The notes below the pieces were generated by a model. That model was not told the origin of the DNA. It saw only the letters and a list, made by a program, of their open reading frames with translations, and made no database searches. From Octopus bimaculoides (Eukaryota), in the NCBI RefSeq assembly GCF_001194135.2, contig NC_068991.1:42338950-42402949 (forward strand): 64,000 nt of DNA, written 5' to 3'. A program made the translations under genes and the position numbers. This document shows, in pieces, positions 50,792-64,000 of the stretch; position 1 is the stretch's first letter, and every line of letters begins with the position of its first letter.

Positions 50792-51478
50792 TCTCTTTCT
50801 CAACAAAAGAAAATTGAGTTTTTGTCTATTCAGAAAGAATCAGTCGTCACCATCATCATCATCATTTAATGTACATTTTCCATGCTGGCAGGTGTTGAAT
50901 GGTTTGACAGGAACTGGTGAACCAGAAGAGTGTGCCACGTTTCCGTGTCTGTTTTGGCATGGTTTTTTTTGACTAGATGCCCTTCCTAATGCCAACCACC
51001 TTATAGAGTAGATCAGTATGAGAAAAAAAACTGAATCAGCCAATATGGCTGAGTAGCATTTTAGTTAGGATTTCAGATCAATCTGAAATCAACTAAAATA
51101 AGTACCAGTTATATACTGCCACTTGATGTTTCTAATCAAAAGAAATTAATGAAAGATGAGTACCTTAAAGTAGAATTTATCTCTTGGCTTGCTTAATCCG
51201 GTGCCAAAGTTTTGTTTTCCAGATTTTAGCCATTCCATTTCATTTCCATTACTAATGCATCAAGGCAGTGGCTTCCAAATGGTCTGATGCTGGATGTAGC
51301 TAGTTGTGCTGTGAAATGTACTCGAGATAATATAATCCTGATATCTCTTAAAACAGGATGGTTATGGGGGAAATACTTTTGATCATAAATCTGCTCAACT
51401 AGGGTTGACCTGAGACCAAACAATATCTTTTTGAAATTTTACCTAAAGAGAACCAAAATATTTTTATTTGTTCCAGAG

Positions 51479-51712
51479 CAGTATTTCTCAATCATTTTTA
51501 GCTATAGACCCTTTGAATCCTATTTTATTCAGATGGACCATACTAGCCATTCAATGTTTAAAAAATTTTATTACATTTTCATAATTAAATAATATTAGGA
51601 ATTGTATAAAAGAAATTGTTAAAATATTTTGTGTATTGTAGAAGTATAACCAATATATTGCAGATAAATTTTAACAGCAAAATCTTATATGGACCCCTGT
51701 TGAGAACCACTG
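51479..51712. mobile_element. hAT-Charlie-like MITE
   Basis: cagtatttctcaa / ttgagaaccactg termini and 8-bp TSD ttccagag / ctctagag (NTCTAGAN-like). Confidence 0.75.
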
Positions 51713-52119
51713 CTCTAGAGGACACCACAAATAAAGAAAAAATGTTTAAGAACCACTGGTCTATAAAAGGAAGGAAAGGAAGGCGATAATATATTCACTC
51801 ACCCTTCCCTTATTGGTACAGATTTGAATAACTAACAAACCCATGCAACAATAGAATAATAAATGTAGACATCATGTGGACTGTGTGTTGTGTGTGTTTA
51901 TAGATTAATTGTATCAACAACTTTAATCATACAGTAGTTCACTAAACTGTCAAAGGGTATGATGACATGTTTCTATAGCTGACAACTTGTTTGACTCATC
52001 ACCTTTTGATGGTGAGGTGGGGTATAGGTGTCTATGTGTGTGTGTATGCATATATATATATACATATATGCATATGTATGTGCAAATATGCACATATATG
52101 TGTGTGTATATACAGACAG

Positions 52120-52168
<49 letters not shown>

Positions 52169-52584
52169 NNNNNNNNNNNNNNNNNNNNNNNNNNNNNNNN
52201 NNNNNNNNNNNNNNNNNNNNNNNNNNNNNNNNNNNNNNNNNNNNNNNNNNNNNNNNNNNNNNNNNNNNNNNNNNNNNNNNNNNNNNNNNNNNNNNNNNNN
52301 NNNNNNNNNNNNNNNNNNNNNNNNNNNNNNNNNNNNNNNNNNNNNNNNNNNNNNNNNNNNNNNNNNNNNNNNNNNNNNNNNNNNNNNNNNNNNNNNNNNN
52401 NNNNNNNNNNNNNNNNNNNNNNNNNNNNNNNNNNNNNNNNNNNNNNNNNNNNNNNNNNNNNNNNNNNNNNNNNNNNNNNNNNNNNNNNNNNNNNNNNNNN
52501 NNNNNNNNNNNNNNNNNNNNNNNNNNNNNNNNNNNNNNNNNNNNNNNNNNNCCAGCTACTACTACTGTATATACTTATGTATGT

Positions 52585-53050
52585 ATGCAGTGATACCAAA
52601 GGCAGATTAAGAGAGAAAATAGCTTTGCATGTGACCGATATACAGGAACAATAAACACTAAGAGCAGATGGGAAGTAGACGTTCTTAAATACCCAAAACG
52701 ACCGCTAGAAGTCGATGATAGTTTCTCTTACAATGGAGGAAGATGTGAAAGAATTGTTGCTAGAAAAAAAAGGAAAACAGGTTGGAGAAAGTTCAGAGAG
52801 CTTTTACTTCTGTTAGTAACAAAAGGTTTCTCTCTCAGACTCGATGACAGATTGTATGATGCTTGTGTATGAACAGCAGTGCTACATGGTATGTAGGGCT
52901 GTGAATGCAGAGGGCTTGTGAAGATTAGAGAGAAATGAAGCTAGCATACTCCTTGGCTGTGTAACATCCAAAGTACAAATGTGTTGAGATAAAAATTGGG
53001 CTAAGAGGAATAGGATGACTGGAGAAGACCTGCCCATCTTGGCAAAACTG
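52585..53050 (+). mobile_element. RTE LINE reverse-transcriptase C-terminal fragment
   Basis: LEVDDSFSY..GWRKFRELLLLLVTKGFSLRL..RLYDACV*TAVLHG..AVNAE.L*RLERNEASIL, disrupted by stops and frameshifts. Confidence 0.8.
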
Positions 53051-54990
53051 AGACTCAAAAAACAAACTCTGTATGTATTGTGTGTTTGTGTATCATCATC
53101 ATCATCATCATCATTATCATTCAACATCCCTTTTCCATGCTGGCGTGGGATGGATGGTTTGACAGGAGCTGGTCAGCAGGAGAGCTGCACCAGATTCTAT
53201 TTGTCTGTTTTATCATTGTTTCTAGAGCTGGATGTTCTTTCTTATGCCAACAACTTTACAGAGTGCACTGGGTGTTTTTTTACATAGCACCAGCACCAGT
53301 ACTTTATACCCGTCTTTTACACTTCCCAGAATCACTTCACTAGTCATCCATCCTTAATTTTTAATACTGCCTTTCTCCACTCATATTTTACACTGATCAC
53401 CCTTTTGTGCTACCAAATTGTCTCTACTTTTCAACCACCATAGATTTCCCACTCTCTTCCAACACTGTTCTGTCTTTCTTCTCTCTCTCATCCTCCCCTT
53501 GTCTATTATCTTATTACTATTCTGCTACTTCTTACCATTTTCTATACTGTTGGTCATCACCTACTGTTCCTTATCTCATATGTATCAGCCCTTCACACCT
53601 GTTTACTATGCACTGCCTCCTCCCCCTCAATCCCACCCAATTGCTTCTCTCCCTGCCCCCATCTGTTTATCATCAATCTCTTCTCAACCTTTGTTCTTTA
53701 TTATATTTGTCCTCTCATCCATCTCCCAATTCTAACCATCCTTCTCTCTCCTCATATACTCTTGCAACCGCTATCAATCCTCACTCCCTATTCTTCTGTC
53801 ACCATTCATATCTATTCACTATCTTCAGGGTCCACCCTGACACTTCACTTTTATTTCTTTTTCCAACTCCACCCCACTCACTCTTCTACAGCATGAGCTA
53901 CCATCTAGCTCCTCTGCAGCCAGAAACCTGTTCACTTCTAACTCCTTCTTTTATATTTTAGCCTGTCATCTCTTAGCATACAACCACCTCTCTCTATCTA
54001 CTGTAGCCTCACTCAGTTGAAGGAGAGCTTGTTGTTGCAAGCTGCCTGGCAACGTCATTAGTGCAGGTGTCACAAAAAAAGAACCCAGTTCACACTGTAA
54101 TGTGGTTGGTGTTAGGAAAGGCATCCTACTGTACAAACTATGGCAAAGCAGACAATGGAATATGACTCAGTCTTCAGACATATCAGATCTTATCAAGCCA
54201 TCAAAACATGCCAGCATGTCCAAAGCATTTTCATGTTTGTTCTAAACATTTATGCTTGTTTTCAGACTTTTAGTTAGCCTTCATGTGTTCAGAGTATTAT
54301 AAAGCTTTTTGTTTTCATAAGCCCCAAGTTATTTTGGGGGGTTGAAAAGAATTGGGAATGCATATCATATATGATGCATGGGCACCAAAGAAATATGTCT
54401 TGTTTCTCACTTGTGATACACAGGACAGGCAAAGGTTTAAAAGTTGGTGAGGATGAAAATGATATGGTAAGAAGCTTCCCAACGACATGGTTCCGGATTC
54501 CACTGTGTAGCACCTTGGACAAGTGTCATCTACTATAGCCTCGGGTCAACCAAAGCCTTGTTAGTGGATTTGGTAGACAGAAACTGAAAGAAGCCCATTG
54601 TATATATATGTATATATTTATGTGTATTTGTGTCTGTATTTGTCCCCCCCACTCCCATCACTTGACCACTGATGTTGGTGTGTTTACATCTCCGTAATTT
54701 AGCAGTTCAGTAGAAGAAACTGATAGAATAAGTATCAGGCTTACAAAGAATAAGTCCAGGGATTGATTTTTTCGACTAAAAGGCAGTGCTCCAGCATGGC
54801 CCCAGTCAAATGACTGAAACAAGTTAAAGAATAAAAGAATATATAAAACATTTCTTATAAACTCCACGGGCACAAAGGAATTCCTGAATTAAATCCAGTG
54901 ACATTTATATCCTTACTGTTGATGATATCAGATAACCAAATACAGTGAACGGGCTCTAAATAGCAATCTACAACGTGTATATCCAAATTT

Positions 54991-55033
<43 letters not shown>

Positions 55034-55995
55034 TATATATATATACATGTATATATAGGCACAAGTTTTCTCATAGTTTCTTTTTCTATTTTCACTAACA
55101 AGGCACTGGCCAGCTTGAGACTGTAATTAAAAAACACTTACCTGAGGTGCCACACAGTGGAATTGAACTTGAAGCCATTTGTTTGAGAAGTGAACTACTT
55201 AGCTTCACAACTATGCCTGAATCTATATAGCTTCTGAGCATCTGTTTTTTTTTTATTTGTTTTTTTTATTTTACTTTTCTCTAATGCATCTTTAGTGCTT
55301 TGGGAATGAAGAATACTGAAACTGTGGTTTATGTAGAAGGGACTTATATGCCATTTCATATTTGTATAACTTTGTTTGGCTGAAGTGTTTTCATAAGGGT
55401 GAGGAGTATGTCTCATTTTGAAGTTGTTAATATTGTTTGTTGTCCTAAACAAGGACTTGATATTTGATTTGTAGCAGCTTAAATCTCTCTCTACTGCTTT
55501 TATAATGAGACCGACATTTTAAACCATGAATCTTACATCATAATACTAACAATAAAAATAGGATATCCACACCTAAAACCCTGAATGATATTGTCCAGCT
55601 TTGTGGAGGTTTAACTGTGCAGACAATGCTGACTGCATGTGTGTGCATGTGTGCAAATGTGTGTGTGCTTAGATATATATTACAAATACATACATACACA
55701 CGCACACATATATGTACACACACTCACGATCAACAAATTGAGGGTGAAACAGAATCATGAAGAAAAAGAAAATAATAACGATTTCAAATTTTGGCACAAG
55801 GACAACAATTTCTGGGGAGGGGTAAGTTGACTGCATTGACCTCAGTACTCAGCTGGTACTTATTTATTGACCCCTGAAAGGATGAAAGGCAATGTTGACC
55901 TCGGCAGAATTTGAACTCACAGCATGAAGATGAACAAAATATCACTTAAGCATTTCACCTGGCATGCTAATGATTCTGCTAGCTCACTGTCATCT

Positions 55996-56006
55996 TCATC
56001 ATCATC

Positions 56007-56065
<59 letters not shown>

Positions 56066-56127
56066 AGCAGCAGCAGCAGCAGCGACATCATCAACAACAA
56101 CAGCAACAACAATAATAATAATAATAA
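55996..56127. repeat. Compound trinucleotide microsatellite (TCA)(TAA)(GAA)(GCA)(CAA)(TAA)
   Basis: Read directly from the sequence. Confidence 0.95.
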
Positions 56128-56680
56128 TTTTCTCTGATGCAGTACCAGGCAGTAGCTCTCATGGCTTCTGATCTTAACTGGCTGAAAGTGTTATCATGTT
56201 TTGCCTCTGTGTAAAATATGGGCTGCAGCAAATATTCTGCTCAATACCACAGATTTGCTTATCAGTTGTCTGACCTTCACCACTTGAACATGTCCCTTGG
56301 TGGCTGATGATGTGCATCTCTGATCATGAACAGGAATAGTTGGGGAGCATCATAGCCATGTGTTGAAAGGAATCTAAAGAATGTTGAGAGGAATTCAAAC
56401 CCCACTTTGGGGCTTTGAATAATTCACCTTTGAAAACATAGGTGTTTCATTCATCATTCTTAAACAAACCTTATTCAGGGACCTTTTAAGTGGGATGGGC
56501 TACACAACCTGAAGAAAATTCTAACTGGGCACTACCTGCAAGGTCATGTTCTGTTTATCTCAATATGATATTGCCATGTCTCATACATATGGTCATGCTG
56601 CATGTGCCTGGTGTACCCTTATCAGATAGGTAGTCATAATGTATATTTGTACATTTGTGTCACTTTGATGGCATGCATTT
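56128..56680 (-). mobile_element. Non-coding interspersed repeat abutting the trinucleotide tract (family F), unclassified
   Basis: GC-richer non-ORF block whose minus-strand end gccatgagagctactgcctggtactgcatcagagaaa runs into a trinucleotide tail. Retroposon status is inferred. Confidence 0.4.
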
Positions 56681-57739
56681 CTCTCTCACTCAGTAATAAC
56701 AATAATAATAATCCTTTCAACTATAGGCACAAGGCCTGAAATTTTGGGGGAGGGGATTTAATCGACCCCAGTGTTTCACTGGTACTTAATTTATTGACCC
56801 TGAAAGGATGAAAGGCAAAGTTGACCTCAGAGTTAGAACTCAAAATTTAGTTGCAGACAAAATACCACTAAGCATTTCATCTGGTGTGCTAACAGTTCTG
56901 TCAGCTTCTCACCTAAATAATGATGATGATAATGATGATGATGAGAAGAAGAGTATTTTCTAACAAAGACTTAGGACCAGATATTCAGAGAAAGGGATTA
57001 GCTGATTAAATCAATCCTACTAATTGGCTGGTGTTTTGTTTATTAACTGCAGAGAGCAAAAAGGGAAGAATGATAATAATAAAAGTTTCTAATCTAGGCA
57101 GAATTTAGACATATAATGCCTAATAGTAATATATTCTTCTTACCCATGCTACCATACAGAAACATACATAAAACAAATGAAATAAAAGAGCTGGAACAAA
57201 TACTGCAAGATATTTTGTTTGATGTACTAATAATAACTATGTTTAATGTTTGGGAAAATCTTTGAACTCAGGTTTTAAAGCTGAATGAAGCACAGCCTAA
57301 ATTGTCTCTATTTCTTTTAGTGAATTATCTAAAATTGTTTAAATTTAACATGTTGTTGATATTAATTATTTTCATTCTATTCTATAAATAGTTGAATAAC
57401 ACTGAGAGTACCAAAGTTTATCTATCACAACAGAACATAAACAAGAACACAAATTTGCCCTCCCCCTGGTTGGTATGAGCTTATACAGAACAATAGTATT
57501 TTATTTATTCACCCTATGTGACATAATATTTCTTTTATTCTTGATATGGCACGATTTAAGTGACCTACTCTCAGATTCTTTTACAGTATTTGCTTGTTCT
57601 CATAACTCAAAGAACAATTACAAATGTAAATATCTTATATTTTTCTCAGGCTCTGAATAGCTGGTGTTTGACTCTGATTTCATAGCGTTAATTGATGATA
57701 GGCTAGTGTCCTATCTCAGACGAATTTTGTTTATCTTAA

Positions 57740-58070
57740 ATGATCTTCTACATGTTCCCCACAGCTAGGCATGTATTGATAGCTATATCTAAATTCCTAA
57801 TAAAATTCCTGCAAGGAATTTGAACCTAAGATCTTTGAGCTGGTAATCAATGCTATTTCCACTCTACCATTCCTCTGGTCTCACCTTGCAATCAAGGAAA
57901 TACATGATGTATGTATATGTGATCATACATCTTAACATTACCAGATGATCTTGTATGTATTCTGAATACCTAGGCATATAGATTTAAATTACCAATAAAA
58001 TAACTGCAGAAATTTGAACTCAAGACCTTTGATCTGGTAATTAATAATATTTCCACTCTACCATTTCTCT
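57740..58070 (-). repeat. Two ~130-bp direct repeats (period ~205) with tRNA-like A/B boxes on the minus strand
   Basis: 57740-57876 and 57945-58070 share atgatctt..ctaggcat..atttgaac..aaga.ctttga.ctggtaat..tttccactctaccatt. The reverse complement has tggtagagtgg and gagttcaaat. Confidence 0.6.
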
Positions 58071-61000
58071 TCTACTGGGGCTGGTACCTAACTCTTCTCC
58101 ACTCATGTTTGGAAGTATGGGACAGTTTTAGTGTGATTGTAAAGTAGTTAATAAATAATTGACAATAAGTAACATTTGTGTGCTGCTAGTTCAATTTGCA
58201 AAATCACATTAATTTGAGAATAATTTTTCAAATTGTTTATTTAACCAGAAACATAATATATACATCTTTACAGCAGTTGAATAAATAAAAGCATTTGAAA
58301 ATTAATGAATAAAAGAACATTTGGTTACTATAATATGCTGATAAATAATCCAACTATTAATAATTTGCAAGGATAGGTTAAGTTAAGAAATTAGGACAAT
58401 TTTTTTGTGAAATTTACCAATATAACTCTGTATTGTGTTTTTAGCTGTTATTGGTTTCAAATTTTAGCACAAGGCCAGAAATTAAGTGGGTGGGGATAAG
58501 TCGATTACATCACCCCCCCTCCTAGTGTTCAACTGGTACTTATTTTATCAAACCCAGAGGGATGAAAGGTAAAGTTGACCTAACTTTTAGCTGTTATTAA
58601 TATTTGAAGTTAGAAGGCAGCAAGCTGGCAGAGTTGTTAGCATACCAGGCAAAATGCTCAGCAGCATTTCATCCGTCTTCATGTTTTGAGCTCAAATTCT
58701 GCCAAGATTGACTTTGTCTTTTGTCCTTTCGAGGTCGATAAAATAAATACCAGTTGAACACTGGGGTTAATGTAATTGACTTACCCTATCCTCCAAAATT
58801 GCTGACCTTGTGCCAAAATTTAAAACCAGTATTTGAAGGTAGAGAAAATCTACATAACCTCTTATAGAATCTGATAGCAGTGTTTTTATATTAGTCTACT
58901 TTTTTTATGTACCATCAGCAAAGTTCCTAAATATTCTAAAAGCCATATTTAGCAGGAAGATTTCAGCTCATCAATCCATCTGATTGGCTGAGTCACAATT
59001 ACTTGAGTCTTTTGTGGCAAATATGGTCTAAAGCTGAGAAATATGTGTGTGTATAATTGCTAACAAAACCTCCGCCAAATATACACTGTTCACTGTTAAT
59101 GATAACAGTGAGTTCTACTCCCTCACCTCACCCTATGTCACCCCTATTTTCCTAGATAGATTATTATAATTCAGTATGAATGCCAGAAACACAGTGCATT
59201 GCCAGTGATAAAAAATAAACTGTTGATTGTTATTTCAACCAGTAGACTTATATTCTAACAACTCTACCAGATTACAAATGGACTATAATACATATGATGT
59301 GCCATGAAGATGTTATAATAGTATGACTTGAAAATTTCCAGGGATGCCAGCTGCACGAAAAATAGTAAAGTGGTTACTAACATAATTACTGTAATGAATT
59401 ATGAAATTTCATTTAAATAAAATTACACTCTTAATTAAAATTACACTTTAAATTGATTATCTCAAAAGTAGAAATTAATTAAAAATTGAGTGCTCTGGGG
59501 ATTGAATCTAAAATTTAATGCAATACAGTGACAATTTCAACCATGTTTCGGTATTATTAGGTCTCATCAGTGAAACAATACTTTGTTAGGTGAAAAGAAA
59601 GAACTTGTTTGTTGATAGGATTCTGGAAATTTCATAAAGATCGGGAAGATAAGTTTTAAAAACTGGTTTCTTAAAATGCTAAAATATCAGTTCTGTTAAA
59701 ACAAATGGAGTTGTGTTTATGTTATCAACATAAAAATGAGGATATGTCTGTTCAAGATGTCAGCTTCTTAGTTGATTAACCATGAGTTATGGGGTTATAC
59801 TACTCTTTGATTATGGAACTCAACTACATTACCTGGTGAAAGAACAATCCTGATTTATAGAAGTAAGGTGGTGGATGTAAGGATAACAATATGGCTACAG
59901 TGAGTGGTATGTTGATTTGTGTTTATGCTACACAGGAAGAGTACCATTTATTATCACTGACAGAATTGAATATTTCAGAGAAATGAGGACTTGGTGGTGT
60001 GGACATAGTAATATCTACTGCTCAGGGTCAAAGTAGATTGGGAACAATATTGGTTAAGAGATGGCTCCACACTCCTCAAAACCTCCAGAACTCTTAAACC
60101 AGGGTCTCACTACCAGATTCAGTTTAAAGTCATACTCAGCTATAGGCTGAATTGCATATAACCTACATGTTAGGGCATGTTGAAATCATGGAATGCGGTA
60201 TATTGGATGTTAACTATTTTAGTAGATGATGTTATTGAGTCAGTGGTGAATAGCATTAGATGTTGAATGAATGAACAGACAACAAACTGTCAATGGCCAG
60301 GAACAATCAATTCAGTTAGCAAACTACTGCTATTATCTATACTTATGGCATATACAGATGAGATATTTCAGCTAGCAAAAGACCAGTGTGACTAAAACTT
60401 AGGCCAGACATTCATGCCTCATTGCTCAATCAGGACATTTGGCTTGGAAGAGTTACACTGGTCCAGGCAAGTCATCCAACCAGATTGATTGTTGTAATAT
60501 TGGTTTCAAATTTTGGCCAGTAGTTTCAGGGAAGTGTGTAAGTCAATTACATCAACCCCAGTGCTCAAATTGACCCCGAAAAGACAAAAAGCGAAGTGAA
60601 CATCAGTAGAATTTGAATTCAGAATGTAAAGGTGGATGAAATGTGACTAAGCATTGTGTCTGGCATACTAACAATTCTGCTAGCTTGCTGCCTTGATGAT
60701 TGTAGTAATATTGTGATAGCAAGAGTTGCAGGGTAACAGTGAGTTGTATCAATATTCTTGGAAATGTGCTCTGCTTAAAGCCTTAAATTTCTTGTCTCAC
60801 TTTGCCATACAACGCATATATAATGTTATGAACATGTGATCATCTATCTTGAATCATGACACTTTATCTGTGTGGCACTAATGTTATTTGCACTACTCAC
60901 CTTACCACTTCATTCAAATTAAATTCTTCCTTGTCTAGCACTGATGTGATAACTACCAACCACAACCAACCCTTCTTCACCCAGACAAGCCATTGTCTCC

Positions 61001-61202
61001 AAACTTGCAGATAATTTCCGTGTTATCAGTCTGTGTTATTCACAAGTAATATTAATTGACCTTAACAGACAATACAGTTTTTATATCATCAATACAGTCA
61101 GTTGTAGATCTACATTTAAATCTCTAAAGAGGTTTCAGAGCTGACAGCAATGCTCGGAAATCCAATTAGGTTGTAATGTAGAAAGTCAGTTATGAAGTTT
61201 TG

Positions 61203-61237
<35 letters not shown>

Positions 61238-62889
61238 AGACTGAATAGTGAGAATTGAATAACCTGTAAAGTGGATGTAGACCACATGAAGCAACCAATA
61301 CTTAAAGACTTTACAAAGCAAAACCCATCTCAGGAATTAACTGCAATCAAGATTAAATTGAAGGGTGTTATTAAGCTCATTGTCTATTTTGTGCTAATAT
61401 GAAAAGAAAAATGTAAAATAAGATAAATATGCTAAACTAAAATAAAATATATAAAGTTTCTTTTTACCTTTTCAGAAATTTTTGTTTTTCTGTTGAGAGC
61501 AAAATTTTGATAATAACTTTACTTATCCAATTTATTATAAAATGGGAAAATAGATGTTTTTATTGGTTCCATTACCAGTGCTACAGAAGTTATATAAATT
61601 TATAAAAATAAAATAAAATAAAAATCATTATTATCTATTTTTGAATGCTGGTGTTAGTAAGACATGTCTGCAAAATTCTCTGCCACTTATCTCTCTCTCC
61701 CTCTCACTTTTATGAACTCAAACTTTCTATAGTCAATTTTATATATACATATATACACACACATGCCCACATATATACATATNNNNNNNNNNNNNNNNNN
61801 NNNNNNNNNNNNNNNNNNNNNNNNNNNNNNNNNNNNNNNNNNNNNNNNNNNNNNNNNNNNNNNNNNNNNNNNNNNNNNNNNNNNNNNNNNNNNNNNNNNN
61901 NNNNNNNNNNNNNNNNNNNNNNNNNNNNNNNNNNNNNNNNNNNNNNNNNNNNNNNNNNNNNNNNNNNNNNNNNNNNNNNNNNNNNNNNNNNNNNNNNNNN
62001 NNNNNNNNNNNNNNNNNNNNNNNNNNNNNNNNNNNNNNNNNNNNNNNNNNNNNNNNNNNNNNNNNNNNNNNNNNNNNNNNNNNNNNNNNNNNNNNNNNNN
62101 NNNNNNNNNNNNNNNNNNNNNNNNNNNNNNNNNNNNNNNNNNNNNNNNNNNNNNNNNNNNNNNNNNNNNNNNNNNNNNNNNNNNNNNNNNNNNNNNNNNC
62201 ATACATGCATGCATGCATGCATGCATGCATACATACATACATATATACACACACATTATATGGAGCTAAGAAGCTTGCATCCCTGCCATATGGCTTCAAG
62301 TTCAGTCTCACTGAGCACCACCTTGGGCAAGCATCTTCTACTAGAGCACCAGAACTGACTAAGTTTATGAGTGAATTTAGTAAACAGGAACTGAAATAAG
62401 TCTATGGGCTTCTTACTGTGTGTGTGTGTGTATGTGTTTGTTTTGATATCACATGATGGTTGTAAGCGATATCATTCATTTCCTGTCTTCCCTGAAAACA
62501 AGTCTGGCTATAGAGAAATATTATCTTGCTTGGTAACAGGAAGAGCATTCAGCTTTAAAACATCTGCCTTGATCCATCTACTAAATCCGCCCTTAGACTG
62601 TGGTTAGCCCAGGATTATAGTATATGATATTTACCCAAAGTATCATACAGTGGGACTGAACCCAAAACTACATGCCTGGGAAACAATATTTTTAACCACA
62701 CAGCTACACCTGTGTCTATATGAATACATATGTACATACATATATACAAACAAAAATACCCTGTTGTTTATGTTGAAATTCCAATGACAAAGCCTTGGAT
62801 CTAGGTTAGAAACTGTCTCTTTCCCTATTGGCAAGAAATCTTGAAATAAAACTGAACAATGTCATACATACATACATACATACATACAT

Positions 62890-62922
<33 letters not shown>

Positions 62923-63683
62923 TACATACATACATACATACATTATCAAATCTGTATTTGTACTGGTTTGTTGTTGTTCTAAGTTGCACCAGTATTTCTT
63001 ATTTTTATGTATGGTCTCTTCTGTTTTTAATTATTTGAAATCTTCCTGTAAGCAAGGAACTGGTCTCCAAGAAAGATACAAAGCTCCATCATTGGAATGT
63101 ATACAACAAGATGGAATTCACATTTTGAACTTGAGCAAAGCCTTGCATATTTTTACTGCTCTGCTTACAGTATGCACGTATATATGTATGATCATTTGGT
63201 TTTATTTTAGAATTTCTCACCAACAGAGAAAGAGTCAATCTCCAAACCAAGAATCAGAATTCTTCCATTGGAATTTAAGCAACATTAACTATTCGTGTTT
63301 GTATGTATGCTTAGCAAGCATGCCATTGTGTATGTGAATGTATATGCTTGACTTGTACATACATATGTACACATACATAAGTCAATGGAAGTATTTGTTA
63401 TAAACTAGTGTAGAGTGACATATAATCGAGAAAGTGTACATAAATATGGTGGAAGCATTGGGGAGCAATCTTGCAGGGAACCCTTATGTAGTTATTTGAC
63501 CTACTAGAAATAGCAGCTAAATCTCCCTAAACTCACACCCATCTCAAAAAGAAATGAAATATTGGATAATGTAGTCCTGTGCTTGATTAAAAGATATGGT
63601 CAAACCTGAAAGACCCTTGATCGTAAATCTACTTAGTCACAGCTCACATACAGCTAAACATCAACAGCAACAACTTCATTTAA

Positions 63684-63903
63684 CCCTTTAGCATTCGAAC
63701 CAGCTATATCTGGCTCAAATAGTTTACCTGTTTTATGCTTTCACCATAAAGATGTGGCCTCTAACATCTACCTTACAATGTTGTACTAAGAATAAAGAAT
63801 CACATCTTTAAAATCTCAAAGCTACAAGGTAATGCATGATTAATCCAAAACAGTCTGGATCAATAAGCATTACATTTGACAGAGTTATCTGAATGCTAAA
63901 GGG
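63684..63903. mobile_element. piggyBac-like MITE (220 bp)
   Basis: Perfect 13-bp TIR ccctttagcattc / gaatgctaaaggg, with TTAA on the left and TCAA on the right. Confidence 0.8.
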
Positions 63904-64000
63904 TCAAACAATATATTTGAACAAAGTTTGTGAGTTCAGTTGTAGCCTAGTGATTTTCCATATTTTCGTGTGTGAAATATACCACTATCATAGTATAAGA

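Noticed and set aside
62828-63337. 169-aa ORF near the window end
   Set aside because: It begins in a SINE/microsatellite stretch and has no domain signature or coherent splice sites.

Overview
AT-rich, microsatellite- and SINE-dense animal genomic DNA, most likely an octopus/coleoid cephalopod (inferred from the repeat families and dinucleotide/trinucleotide tract density). It comes from a short-read assembly with seven N gaps. Two host genes are partly visible, both on the + strand and both missed or only partly caught by the ORF track. The first is the last two coding exons of BROX (724-889 and 4206-4307, ending in the CaaX box CLIS). The second is coding exon 1 (23975-24355) of a PH-domain protein gene whose first intron appears to run off the window (at least 39.6 kb). 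The rest is transposon-derived: a full-length but inactivated 2282-bp pogo/Tigger element, a decayed maT/DD37D-type transposase, an R4/Dong-clade LINE in a TAA microsatellite, RTE LINE fragments, mariner, hAT and piggyBac-like MITEs, and several tRNA-derived SINE families, one forming a ~10-copy head-to-tail array. The most interesting observations are (1) a 72-nt GT-AG intron that restores the conserved G-[ED]-A-A motif of the Tigger transposase, (2) hammerhead-ribozyme-like motifs, including a divergently oriented pair at 21344-21817 and a minimal type I motif at 15051-15095, pointing to Penelope-like/retrozyme elements, and (3) several unexplained inverted repeats, including an old ~0.9-kb degenerate palindrome. 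Repeat boundaries are approximate unless TSD or TIR positions are given. No database searches were run.
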